This document shows positions 21,960 through 33,993 of a stretch of 43,601 bases of DNA, one piece after another (position 1 is the first letter of the stretch; every line of letters begins with the position of its first letter). Source of the stretch: Thelocarpon superellum (Eukaryota); the NCBI GenBank assembly GCA_026025795.1, contig JAPEUG010000112.1, positions 1 to 43,601 on the forward strand. Direction: 5' to 3'. The notes under the pieces are model-generated. The model made no database searches and had not been told where the DNA came from. It saw only the letters and a list, made by a program, of their open reading frames with translations. The position numbers and the translations under genes are program-made.

Positions 21960-23638
21960 TTACAGCTCGTCGCGCTTTCGCTTGCCATTGGGTTGGGCCC
22001 GCAGCCGGAACATGGCCACACTGTGCTGGGCCACCTCCGCCGTGAGCGTGCCCATCGGCGCCACCATCGTCGTGAGGTTGCCGAGGACGCGCGGATCACG
22101 CTGGGCGAGCCCGACCGCGTACGGCGTGGCTGTGGCATTGTAGAGCGTGGCCGTCGGTCGGACCAGCATCGGCTTCGTTCCGCTGCCGCCCGTCGTGTGA
22201 TTCTTCGCCTGGAGGATGGAGTCGGCGGTGTCGCTGTCCATGCGGCTCGCCCAGAGATCGTACACCTCCCACGACTGCTGCACCTCGGGAGCCGTGCCAC
22301 TTGGGCCTTGGTCCCAGAAGATGTCCTCCAGCGTCGCCTTCATCACCAAGTCCCGAGTCGCGGCATTGAGTAGGACGACGAGGTAGTCGCCGCCGGCGAG
22401 GTTGCCACTCCACATCTGGATCTCGCCTTGCCCGTGCTCGTCCTGGGGCTCGACGGACGAACGCCACCGCCGCACCGCCGAGTCGCCCGCGGCGTCCTGG
22501 GATATGGCAATAACTGCCGGGTTGGTCAGGATCGAAAAGGCCTGGGGCGTGAGCTGGCCCAAGTTGTTCCCCATGATCAAGGGCGACTTGACGGCGGCCC
22601 ACATGCTAAAGTGCGTGACATACTCGGCATCCGACATGCCACCATTGCCTACCTCCAAGGCATCCAGGTCATTCCACGCGCCTGGGATTCCCTTGTCGAC
22701 GAAGCTCGTGACCTTGTTGAGGATGTTCATGGCGGAACAATGAAAGCCCGGCAAGGCGCAGTTGTAGCCCTCGTCGCCGGAGCACGGGCAGCGCGGATCC
22801 GGCCGATCAAAGGTGTCGACAATGTCGCCCGACATCCGCCACGAGTTGGCCACGGTTTGGGCCCATTTCCACGGATAGTCCTCGCCCCAGTTGCAGAGCG
22901 AATACAGGATTGGCCGGCCCGTGGCATTCAGCGCGTCGGACATGGCCTTGTATCGCTGGTAGGTGATGAGTGGAGTACCGGACTGACCCTCGTTGAAGCA
23001 GTTGTCGTATTTCAGGTAGTCCACGCCCCACTTGGCAAACGTCTGCGCATCGGTCGTCTCGTGTCCCAGGGACCCGGCTGAGGGACGGCAGTCAGCGCCG
23101 CGGCCATTGTGACGTCCGCCGAGGGCGCTCACCGTACTTGCCGCACGTCATGCTGCCGGCGTCCGAATACATGCCAAAGCCCAAGCCCATGTCGTGCAGC
23201 GAGTCCGCAATGTCTTTCATTCCCCGCCTGCCCCGGGTCAGCGGCAATGTCACGGTGCCAGGGCGCCAGAGGTGTCTCCATGACTACGTACGGGAACTTG
23301 GTCATGTTGGGCTTCAAGACCCCGTGCGCGTCGCGCCCATCTGACCAGCAATCATCCAAGATGACGTAGTGATAGCCCAAATCTCGCAGGCCCAGCTCCA
23401 CCATCTTCTTCCCCGTCTCGAGCATCGTCTCCTCGGTCACATTACAGCCGTAAGCATTCCAATTGTCCTGCGACAGTCAGCATCGATCAGCATGCTGCAG
23501 CGCGCAGGCGCGCGGCAACTGGAAGTCCGCACTTACCCAGCCCATCTGAGGCGTGCCGGCGAGGCCATTTGAGACGGCACGGGCCGACATGGACCACGCT
23601 GCCGCGGCCACCAAGACCGCCCGGACGAAACGCCACAT
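21960..23638 (-). CDS. GH27 alpha-galactosidase (melibiase, MEL1-type); exons 23638-23537, 23467-23292, 23227-23133, 23077-21960
   Basis: Signal peptide then NGLAGTPQMGW|DNWN, ILDDCW, GMYSDAG..TCG, nucleophile motif DYLKYDNC, WRMSGDI, MEL1-like RCPC...GFHCS insert and WNDLDALEVGNG. Three frame-consistent GT-AG introns. Ends KRDEL. Confidence 0.95.
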
Positions 23639-24562
23639 CGTGAAAGGGCCACAGGCCCGATGATAAAGGCGGAATCACAGAATCACGCGCGTTCGGCGAG
23701 ACGCGGCGGAGGGCCTCGTATGTGCACCAAAGCACGGATCAGCACGCATGACGAATGATATATGTGTGGGATGGGATGGGGATCTTCTCCACAATCCGGG
23801 GAAGAAACCCTTGCTCGCCACCCCGGTGGGAAAGGGAAGCTGGGAACCGATGGCCCCGGCCCATCCTCTCCGTGCCTTTACGTGTTCCATCCATCCTCTG
23901 TCTGTTCATTTCGTGTCGGGGGCGGACGATGGCCTGGGAAGGAATCGGCGGGGCGCCCCGCTACGAGCCCCAACCGCCGGGGGAAGAGTAGCTTACCTAC
24001 TCTTTCGAGTAGTAGTATAGCACCGTGCGTGGCCGGCGCCTGGATCGCCTAGGGCAGGGGGTCGGAAGGGGAGAGTTAAGCTCCCCCAGTTCTACGGCGG
24101 TTCAGTCTTAGCCCGTGCCAGAGACCTGGAGGGACGCCCCCGTCACTATGTTGGCTCGGTTAGTCGACCCATGCCGGTCGGCCCTATGACGAAGACGCGC
24201 ATGGCGGGGCGAGGCGGGGCAAGACAATACACGTTCGCGAAGAGAAGAGGATTGACAAGACCCCGATTCGGGACCCCACACGACTGAACTGGCGCTACAG
24301 GACTAAACGAATGCGGAAGGAAGGACTTCATCCTGCGAGACGCATACGGTCCGCGTCCGCACCCGTGCGGAAGAAAAGTCCGTCGTACGCAACTCGGCTG
24401 GATGGAGTCCATTTGAGAAATCGTCATTGAGACATGCACGGGTAAATTCTATTGCGCCTGTTGTTCTTGCAAGAGCATGGGTTGTGGGCCTGTGTGGCTC
24501 ATCCATGGCCCATACTCATGACTAGACACACTGGCAAGGCGGCAGATTCGCAAGTTGAGCAC

Positions 24563-27500
24563 TCAACAGATCGCGGCGAGAATCTCGTCGACGGTCTGAC
24601 GGGGATCGTCAACGACGCCCGGCGACAAGTCAAGTTGCAGAAACGTCCGAGCAACATGCTCCTGTACAATATCGCATCGAGATCAGCGACCGGGCGACTG
24701 GTGGCATCGCAATCGGGATACTCACTGCCTCTTTCAACTCCGCCTCGTCACTGGCGCTCACTTGCGCACAAGCAGCCACCAGGTCTTCGCCCTTGGCTGA
24801 TGCGATGATGAGATCGTCGGCCCGCCGTACGATGGCGGGATCGATTCCACTCATCGCCGCGCAGCTGGTCCCGAAGCTCGACGTGCTTCGGCCAGGTTGA
24901 AGACTGGGCGATGCTCAGCGTGCATACCACAGGGAGAGAGAAAGACGCACGTACGTGTACAGGTAGGCAATTTGATCATCTACACACGCTGCATGGCTGT
25001 CAAGTCGGATCTCCATTTGCGCGAAGCCCAGGGCTGGTCGAGGACTCAGGAAGCCGCCCTCGAAGATCTCTGCCGCCGCATGAAGGTGATCAGCGGTCCT
25101 CGACACGGTGGGTCTTATCGCTCGCTCACCGTGACAGTGCGTCGCAGCGATGGCTTTGGGCCGTTCGTCGCCAAGACCCAAGAGGTGCTCAAAGATACCG
25201 CATGCCAGGCCGGCTCCGTCTGAAGTCATGGGCAGCTGCTCCCCGGGTCTTGGACGACAGAGTCTTACCGCTCGCGTCAGTCCCTTTCCCAAATTCGTCA
25301 ATCAGGATAAGGCTCCGTCTAGTGGCCAAGTGGAGAGCCAGCGACATCTGTTGGAGGTCCGTCATGAAGGCGCTTTGCACCTGGGACCGCCCAGTCAGCT
25401 CGGAGCGAACGACTGCCCATTCCAACTACCCTTGACACCGTCTCTCGCGTGGCGATCCGGGTCAAGATCCTGTCCGTCAGGCCGACGGTTGCTTGGCGCG
25501 CGGGAACGAAACTGTCATAGATCAGGCACCGCCGAGTCCCCGAGTACGCTCTTGGGGGAGGCTCACCTTCCGATATGCGCCATGTACACGATGAGAGCCA
25601 CCTGCTTCAGATACACGCTCTTGCCCGAGAAATTGGGGCCCGTCAGCAGCATCAGACTAGGTCCACAACCTGGCATCGTGCTACTCCGTGACGCCCGTCC
25701 CGAGGGCGAAGCGATCTGCTCTTCCGCTATCTCTGTCGCATTGGAGCCCGATCCACCCTCGACCCACGTATCATTGGCAACGAACGAACGGACCGTCAAC
25801 TCCTGCAATGGGTGTCTGAGACAGCGAATGAGCGCCACGCCAGATGATGGTGGATGGGTTGAGACCGGCCTACCTGCCCTCCTTGATCTCAATCACGTTC
25901 TCCCTGACCAGTTGTGGTCGCGTCATGTGGTGTTTTCGAGCACCTTGAGCAAGGGCCGAGAGACTTCATCAGACCATGTCAACGACTGTTTCAGGCAACG
26001 AACGGCCCGGGCTTTACCTGTCCAGCTCGCCGCAGAGATCGGAGCAGGCCACGAGCAGATCCTCGTGCTCGAGCACACTCTGCGCGAGGCTGTGCAAGAT
26101 CTCAACTTCTCGGTCTGCGTGCCAGTATCAGCCGGTCCAGCCAGTCCACTGACGCCGTTTCATCGCACCACGAATCATCTCCTGCAGATAGCCGTACTGT
26201 TCGTCCATTTCCCGCATTTCATTACTCTTATAATAGGCCCCCGTCTCCGTGGAGAAGAATCGCTCCCAAGGGTTATTCGGATCGCGGCTCCCATCATATC
26301 CTGGTCCTCCCGTGTCCAGGTTGGTGGACACGACGATGAGGAATCCCATCTGTGCAAACCAGACGACCTTGTCGATCTGGGCCTCATGTCGGCGGCTCAT
26401 TTCGTGAGCGACAGCGGCGAGCAGCGATTGCAGGCTATCTTGCTGATATCTCCACTCGTCCAGCTCGGTATCGACGCCCACGCGAACCAAGGTTCGACGC
26501 GCTTCTACGGAGCCCTCGAAATCGATCTGTGAGGATGAGACTGATTGAGTCGACGCTGTCATGGTGTGGTAGGCTTACGAGAGAGTTGATAGACCTCCGG
26601 ATGATCTGAAGCTGTGGAACGGAGAAATGGTCTACGATCTGGACTCCGTTAGAGGATTCCCGAGGATGACGAACCAAAACCATGAGCAGGGCTATTACAA
26701 GATTGACGATCGGTAACTCTCGGCCCCCGATGAGCTCCTCGCCGACCAGGTGCTTGATTTTCGTCGCACAATACGCGAACTTACCACCGTCAACCTGACT
26801 ATCCGTGACGGGAGAATAGGGCATGAGAGATGCTTGCCTGGGCGATACTCTTCCAAACCGTCCTCCCCGTGCCGCCTTCCGCCCCGCCAAGGCATCCCAG
26901 TAAGCCTTTCCGCAGTTGGACGACGGACTTCTTCATGTTTTTGACCTGCTTGAGATGCTTGAAGATGCTCTCGAACACCGTCTGACTTTCGGGTTGTAGC
27001 AGCACGCTAATGACGTTCAGCCGATCATTGATCACCCTTGCGTCAAGGCTGGGACGGAGAAAGAGCTTGCGGAGGCAACATTTGCCCTGCGGCGTCCGTG
27101 CAAGATGGTGGAACAAGCCGTAGACGGACAGGCCTTCTTTGGAGCCCGATGATCCTTTATTTGGCCCTTGATTGTGCGATGCTGGGTGAGATGCAACCTG
27201 CATAATCTGCAAGGAGGCCAGCGCATCGGCGTTGATGAACCTTGGACGGTCAGCCATGTGCATCACCTTGTCACTGACTTTGTCCCTTGCATCGTATTCT
27301 TTAGACTGAACATCTCTACGGCCTTGACCTTAAGTGCCGGGTTCGCACTCTCATCTCCTGGAAGGTGATGCATTGCCGTTCTCCGTTGCAGATAGCTCAA
27401 GATTGCGCCAGCACAGCCCAACTGCGCAAGGTGAGGTTTGGTCTCATTTGAGTCCGAATTTCTGGACGCTGAACGTACCGTGGCATGACTCTCCAGATCA

Positions 27501-28343
27501 ATCAAGGCGGAGAGTCGTAGCAGCTTCCCTCGGCCTCCGATGTACTCGTCTTGGAGTGAGCCATGATGGACATGTTCCGAATGCGCGTCGTCGGGAGTAA
27601 CGAAGCTGAGTAGTGGACCGGCCAAAGATGCAATGCGGAGATTGAGAAGGCGGTTCTTGGCAGCGTCATAGCCAAACTCCACAGACGGCCGTAGCTCAAG
27701 GAGGTATGACGAGAGCACGTGGCGGCCTACCCGGTTCTATCTAAGCCGAGGAAAGAGGGAGCACGGGAGCACAGGATGAAACACGGACCTTCTGCTCCGG
27801 CCGAGATGTCATTTCGATCTGTTGGCCGCAAGTGATGGAAGATGCTTTCATCGACACGGGTCGACAGGAGCACGACGGTTGGCTGGACATAGATCATGAC
27901 TGTAGACAGGTCAGCTCGAACGTGTCTTCATGTTGATGTCGAGAACCTGACTTACGGGCGTCGATCAGTTCCTGCCCCCCAAGCTTGCCGTCACCCATGA
28001 AGTAGAGCGTTTCCTCTCGGGCGACAAAGTAGCAGCACCCGACCGTGTCTCGATCTTTCACGTCGACGGCCATCAAGACGTCGTTCCACGAATCGTCGTC
28101 CTCGCTCAGCGGACGCACAGAGTGCCGACCGTGGTTGCTTTCGGCCGAGTTCGAAGATGCTGTAGCAGTCAAAGGATGGCGTGTGGGATTGTGGGGCCTC
28201 GAATGACCGATGGGCTGTGCTGGCCGCGACTGTGATGCTGAGGAAGACGGTGCGATGGATGACGACCTGACGGATGACGACCAGGGCTGAGAGGAGGAAC
28301 TTGCAGGCCCTTGTGGCTCTTGCCTCCTTCTGCAAGACATCAT
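24563..28343 (-). CDS. MSH5: Meiotic MutS homologue 5 (about 17 exons)
   Basis: Walker A LTGPNFSGKSVYLKQVALIVYMAHIG, QSAFMTDLQQM, LILIDEFGKGT, SFGTSCAAMSGI and FINADALASLQI..KEGLSVYGLF..RTPQG; these are Msh5-type motifs. I could join 16 short introns into one continuous frame, ending EILAAIC* at 24563. Confidence 0.92.
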
Positions 28344-28687
28344 CTCCACGAGAATGGGATGCGTGATGGACTCGAGTGCACCAGGTCTACGATCGTGGCC
28401 GTCTCGTCCGCACAGAGCAAAAGAGTTCTTAGCCGAAGAGGGAGACGAGAGGAGGATGGCAAGCATGGATCATCGACTCGTATTCCTCACACGATGGACG
28501 GAGAGGTTCGCTTGGCTATTACCAAGTTGGACAAAATGTAATGGGAGTAGAGAGATTGCGAGGATGCCATCTCAAGTGGACGGTAACGAACCCGAGTGGA
28601 ACAGAGACGCGCCGCCGGAACCCTGACCTCAACGCTGCAAGTCGACGCCAGATACTCGTACCCACATTTACGCCCACTGTACACATT

Positions 28688-30146
28688 TCACACGTGGGAT
28701 CCCAGGACCTCGAGACCTTCGCCGCTGTCCCTAATGCAGACTACGGCAGTGCTGCCATTCTTGATCTCGCCACGGATGATCTTATCCGCCAGACCATTGC
28801 CCACCTCCTTAGCAATCAATCGGTTCAGGGGGCGGGCGCCATAGCGTGGGTTGTAGCCTTTCTCGCAGAGCCAGTCTTTGACCGCGTTGTCCACTTGCAG
28901 GGTGATGCGCCGGTCTTCCAGCCGCTGCTGCAGTTCTTTGACCCGAATATCGACGATGTCACGCAGGGCGGCGCGCGAGAGACGGCGGAAGATGATGAAC
29001 TCATCGATCCGATTCAGGAACTCGGGCGGATAGGAGGCCTCAACGACATCCATGACGGCTTTCTTCGTGGCTGGGGAGAGTTCGGCCTCTTCGTCGGATT
29101 GCTTGTTGGCGTGCAGCGGCTCGGCGTTGACGATGATATCCGCGCCCAGATTGGAGGTGAGGACGATCATAGTGTTACGGAAATCGATCTTATGACCCTG
29201 CGCGTCGGTGAGGAAGCCTTCATCGAGCACCTGAAGCATGAGGGCGGAGATGTCGCGGTGAGCTTTTTCAAACTCATCGAATAGCAGCACGGCGTATGGT
29301 TTCCGACGCACGGCTTCCGTCAGCTGTCCACCCTCGTCCCAGCCGACGTAGCCAGCGGGGCTGCCGATGAGCCGGCTGATGGTATGCTTCTCCTGGAACT
29401 CGCTCATGTCGAAGCGCAAGACGGCGCTCTCGGTGGAGAACAGGAATCCAGCCATCTTCTTGCAGAGCTCGGTCTTGCCCACCCCGGTCGGTCCCAGAAA
29501 CATGAAGCTGGCCAAGGGCCGGTCCTCGCCATTCAACCCGGCACGTTGCATGCGCACGGCATCGGCCACCTTTTCAAGGGCCTCGTCCTGTCCCCGGATG
29601 GACTGTCCCAGCGTCTCCTCCATGTGCACGAGCTTTTCGATCTCGCCAGCCATAAGCTTCGAGACGGGGATGCCAGTGCTGCGAGATACCACGTTGGCGA
29701 TGTCATCGGCCGTCACCGCGTCGTGCAGGAGCGAGCCTTCGCTTCCGGACGGGTCGGCGTCGGTGCCTTCTGGAGGGAGAGCAGCCTCGAGCCGAGGGAT
29801 GGTGGCGTATCGTAACTCGCTGGCCTTGGCGAAGTGACCCTCGCGCTGTGCTTGTTCCAACTCAACCCGGGCTTTTTCCAGGTTCTGCTTGGTGTTCTTG
29901 ATGGCCTCGATCTCGGCACGCTCTTGCTCCCACTTCTCCGTAAGCTTGCCTGCCTCGATCTGCTTCAGCCTCAGCGTATCCTCCAGCTTGGCGCGCCGCT
30001 CTTTGCTGGTGATGTCCGTCTCCTTGCGCAGACTCTCGAGCTCGATCTGGATGGTCATGATCTGCCGGTCGAGCTCTTGTATGGCGTCGGGCTTGCTCTC
30101 CTGCTGAAGGCGCAGGGCACTGGCCGCCTCGTCAACAAGATCAATA

Positions 30147-30181
<35 letters not shown>

Positions 30182-31075
30182 GTTGCTGTACGTCGCGGCG
30201 GCAATGAGGGCCGGGTCGGTGATTCGGACGCCATGGTGTACTTCGTATTTGTCTTTGATCCCACGCAGGATGGACACGGTATCCTGTACGGTCGGCTCCC
30301 CCACCTGTATGGGCTGGAAGCGCCGGGCCAGGGCGACGTCTCGTTCGATCTGTCGATACTCGTTGAGGGTCGTGGCACCACAGCACTGCAGCTGACCGCG
30401 CGACAGAGCCGGCTTCAGCAAATTGGAGGCATCGATGGAGCCTTCCGCCTTGCCGAGACCTAGCAGATTGTGGAGCTCGTCGATGAAGAGGATGACTCCA
30501 CCCTGTGCATCCTCGACCTCCTTCAGCACAGCTTTCAGTCGCTCCTCGAAATCGCCTCGGAACTTGGCACCAGCCACCAGCTGCCCGAGATCCAGAGAGA
30601 TGACCCGTTTATCTTTGATGCTCTCGGGGACGTCGCCGCGAACGATGCGCTGCGCCAGACCCTCGAGGATGGCCGTCTTGCCCGTCCCGGCGGCCCCGAT
30701 GAGCACCGGATTGTTCTTCGTGCGGCGTGATAGGATCTGGATGGTGCGGTGAATTTCTTGGTCACGTCCAATCACGGGATCTAGCTTGCCCTCCTTGGCA
30801 CGCGCGGTGAGGTCGACGCCATATTGTTCCAGCGCAGGCTTCTCCGGCTCGCCCCCCAGGTTCATGCGATGCGTGCCGCCAGGCGGATGGGGCCGGCCGT
30901 TGGTATAGCCTCTGAAGAATGGGAGGGTCGCGAGCTCCGGTCGCCGAACGCCTGTATTCGTGAGGAGACCTGGCCACGGGGGCCGCTGTCGGGGCAGGAG
31001 AGGGCGGAGGGGACGGGCCGAGAGACGCAGGGCCGGAGCCCGAGGCAAAGACCATCTTGCTCGTGCGCGAGACAT
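28688..31075 (-). CDS. HSP78: Mitochondrial ClpB-family disaggregase Hsp78 (intronless, 795 aa)
   Basis: Arg-rich, acid-poor presequence and no Clp N-domain. NBD1 [24 protein letters not shown], coiled-coil M domain, NBD2 [23 protein letters not shown]. Confidence 0.96.
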
Positions 31076-31570
31076 GATGCGGAAATGATGAGATGTTATC
31101 GAAGTTGTCCGGCTCCTTCACAAGTTGGGAGGGAGTTTCGATGCTTAACCATGGTCATAGTCGGTCGACGAGCGCCTGGGCTCTTGAAGACAGCAAAGTC
31201 GCAGGGGGGGCTTCTGGTGCTTTCGCGCGTCTTCGAACATTTCTACTGGCCATGACATCAACCGGGGCGCCCCTAGCGATCCAGCTCGCTCCAGTCGGCA
31301 CCAGTTGCCGTCGGCAGCGGGGTCGTCACAGACAGGGAGACACAGCCGGGGGACACTTTGACGGACTCGCCTCCACATGATTGGTCGCACCACACGCCCC
31401 CGGCAACAGTCGCAAATCATGAGAAGTCGGTAAGTTGGTACCAATCCTCCCACCATAGGACAAGGCGACTCGAGAGTAGACGCTTTGGTGGGAACGACAG
31501 AATCACCACGAACTCACACCAGCACGTCTGCCGTCTCGATTCCGTACATCCCTCTTCCGTCTCCAGCATC

Positions 31571-32682
31571 ATGGGCTTCACCGACTTCGTCTCGGATGCG
31601 GGTTTCACCCGTAAGTCTCCTTGTGCGGCAGTTGTTGCAGCCTCTCTGGCCGGCAATCTGTTCCTCGGTGCCCGTGACGCTGACCATCACAGTGCTCAAC
31701 CACTGGCTCACCACCCGCAGTTACATCCATGGGTATGTTTCTTCTCGAATATCCTCCGCCTTTCTCCTTGGATATCATCTGCTCCCAGCATGAGGAAAAC
31801 AATTGGTCCGTGTTGATGAGGCGGCTTAAGACCCCGCCGCATGACTACTCGCAACGCATTTAGATGCACTTCTGATCTTGCCACCCCCCTTCAATCCTTC
31901 CATTACGGCTTTAGTCGAGCGCACTGCTGATGAAGGCCTGTAGCTACTCTCCGTCGCAAGCTGATGTCGTCACTTTCAAGGCCTTGAAAGGAGAGCCGAC
32001 GCCAGCCAAGTTCCCTCACGCCTATCGCTGGTATAAGCACATCGCCACGTACGAATCGGAGTTTAGCTCGCTCCCTGGCGACCCATCCAAGCCACACACC
32101 AGCTACGGACCGGACGCGAGCGCGATCGCCGTGCACCCGGCCAAGGCGGCCGCTAAGGACGACGACGATGACATGGATCTCTTCGGCAGCAGTGACGAGG
32201 AAGAAGATGCGGAGGCGGTGAGGATTCGTGAGAAGAATCTCGAGGAGTACCGGAAGAAGAAGGCGGCCAAAGGAGCCAAACCTGCGGCCAAGTCGATGGT
32301 GACGATGGACATCAAGCCGTGGGGTCAGTGTTGCCGTCTGAGCTATGCCTCGGGAAGCTAACCAAGCCCGTGACGCAGACGACGAGACGGACATGAAGGA
32401 GCTCGAGGCCAATGTTCGCGTCATCGAGATGGACGGCCTGATATGGTCGGCTTCCAAGCTGGTGCCGGTCGGATTCGGGATCAAGAAACTACAGATCAAC
32501 TTGGTGGTGGAGGACGACAAGGTGTCGATAGATGAGCTCCAAGCCAAGATCGAGGAGGACGAGGATCATGTCCAATCCACGGACATCGTATGTCGACCCT
32601 CCATCCCCCAATGCACCTGCACAAGAACGTGTCCTGAGCTGATTTCATCTTCGCTCTCCAGGCTGCCATGCAGAAATTGTAG
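31571..32682 (+). CDS. EFB1: Translation elongation factor 1-beta; exons 31571-31610, 31693-31732, 31944-32323, 32379-32587, 32662-32682
   Basis: [32 protein letters not shown], acidic [58 protein letters not shown]. All junctions are frame-consistent. Confidence 0.97.
31788..31878 (+). ncRNA. snR18: Intronic box C/D snoRNA, U18/snR18-like (LSU rRNA 2'-O-methylation guide)
   Basis: Inside the enlarged 211-nt intron 2 of EF-1beta. C-like ATGAGGA (31790), guide TTGGTCCGTGTT (31803-31814) complementary to conserved LSU rRNA AACACGGACCAA, D' ATGA (31816), GGCGG/CCGCC stem, C'-like ATGACTA (31841), D box CTGA (31872). Yeast snR18 is hosted by the EFB1 intron. Confidence 0.9.
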
Positions 32683-33004
32683 GAGGTCTGGCCGCTACGA
32701 CCATGTCACCGTTGGTACCACCAAGCTCGACACGGAAGCAACCCACCGTAGCGAAGACGCGGCCATGACCATGATACATGATAGATCAATGATATGACTG
32801 GTGTAACAATGTAGATGGTGATCTGTCTTCTCGTAACGCCCGGATGACGGAACATCGGACGTGGTCCCGTTCATGTGGTGGGGGGTGGAGGTAAGAAAGT
32901 CTTGGCGAGCATGAGCGAGAGCGTCGACAACAAGCTTGACGCGCTACGTATGTTGGAGTCTTCAAGCTCATCGATACACCACAAACGATCTCCAAGTCGC
33001 CACG

Positions 33005-33683
33005 ATGAAAATTCTCTCCAAGAGCCTATCGAGCCTCGGGGCACTGCTGCTCGCCCACGCGTAAGTAGGATCCAACCACAAAAGAAACCCAGGCTTTCCG
33101 GCACGAAAAGCCCAACTAACTCCCTCTCCTCCCATATAGGTGCTACTCTGCGCACGAACACTCCTCCCAACCACTCTCCCGCAGCCTCCGGACATCCTCC
33201 CCTCCTTCGGCCCCATCCCCCTCTTCCATGTCCTCCGCGTCCTCCTCCGCCGCCGCCGCCGTCGCCGCCGCCGCCGCCGCCACCGCCCCCCTTCCACTCG
33301 ACATCATCCTCGAGACGCTCCTATCCGTCGTCCTGTTCTGTCTGGGCCTCGTGCTGGGCAGTCCTGCGCTGCAACCGCTTCGATGGCGCGTGTGGGCCGG
33401 CAAGATCGAGCGTGAAGGCGGCACAGAGGACGTCGTTGGCGCCTCTGGGCCCGTGCCGGTCGTGAATCCCTTTGCTTCTCTGGAGGCACGGGTGGGTTTC
33501 TGGGACGTGCGGGTGAGTAGCTCGACAAGCCTCCCTTGGAGCGTGAAATTGCAGCGGAACGGATTGGACAAGCGTCAAGCGCTGCGACTTCCGAAGGTGC
33601 CGTGCTGATGCTGACTGCTCTAGGCTAAACGGAGAGAGTTTGATGAGTGGGTGAGGGAGAAGGGCGCTCAGGTGCCGTCATAG
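33005..33683 (+). CDS. EMC5: ER membrane protein complex subunit 5 / MMgT family; exons 33005-33060, 33140-33512, 33624-33683
   Basis: MKILSKSLSSLGALLLAHA|CYSAHEH, LPLDIILETLLSV..GLVLGS..LRWRVWAGKIERE, NPF..LEAR.GFWDVR|AKRREFDEWVR; consensus introns. Confidence 0.88.
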
Positions 33684-33912
33684 AGCGAAGGTGGGCCTTG
33701 GTGGAAGGATTAGATAGGTCGTATAGGGTCGATTGTGTGTTACAGTGGCTTCGTTGCGCTGCCTCTCTCGTTTCATCATCTACGGTCCGCCATCTGGCAG
33801 GGGGCCTCCAGTTCCAAGGTCTCGACCAGATACATGGGAGCCAAATGTTCATTGTCTTCCTCGCAGAAATGCTCCATGTGTCCGATTTTCCGTGCTCGCT
33901 TCTCCGTCTCAA

Positions 33913-33955
33913 ATGACAATGCCAATGCCGATGCCAATGCTAGTGCCGATGCCAA
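33913..33955. repeat. Degenerate ATGCCR hexamer repeat between the convergent EMC5 and GLE1 3' ends
   Basis: atgacaatgccaatgccgatgccaatgctagtgccgatgccaac. Confidence 0.65.
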
Positions 33956-33993
33956 CGTCTCACGCTTCCAAGGCGCGTTTGCATGCCTTTGCG

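Noticed and set aside
25150..26532. 460-aa plus-strand ORF antisense to MSH5
   Set aside because: No recognisable motifs and it lies wholly opposite well-supported MSH5 exons and introns. Most likely a chance open frame in GC-rich DNA.
27777..27789. TGAAACACGGACC, identical to the LSU rRNA target of the intronic snoRNA, at the MSH5 intron 2 donor
   Set aside because: The MSH5 transcript carries the guide-sense, not target-sense, sequence, and there is no box C/D context. Treated as coincidence.
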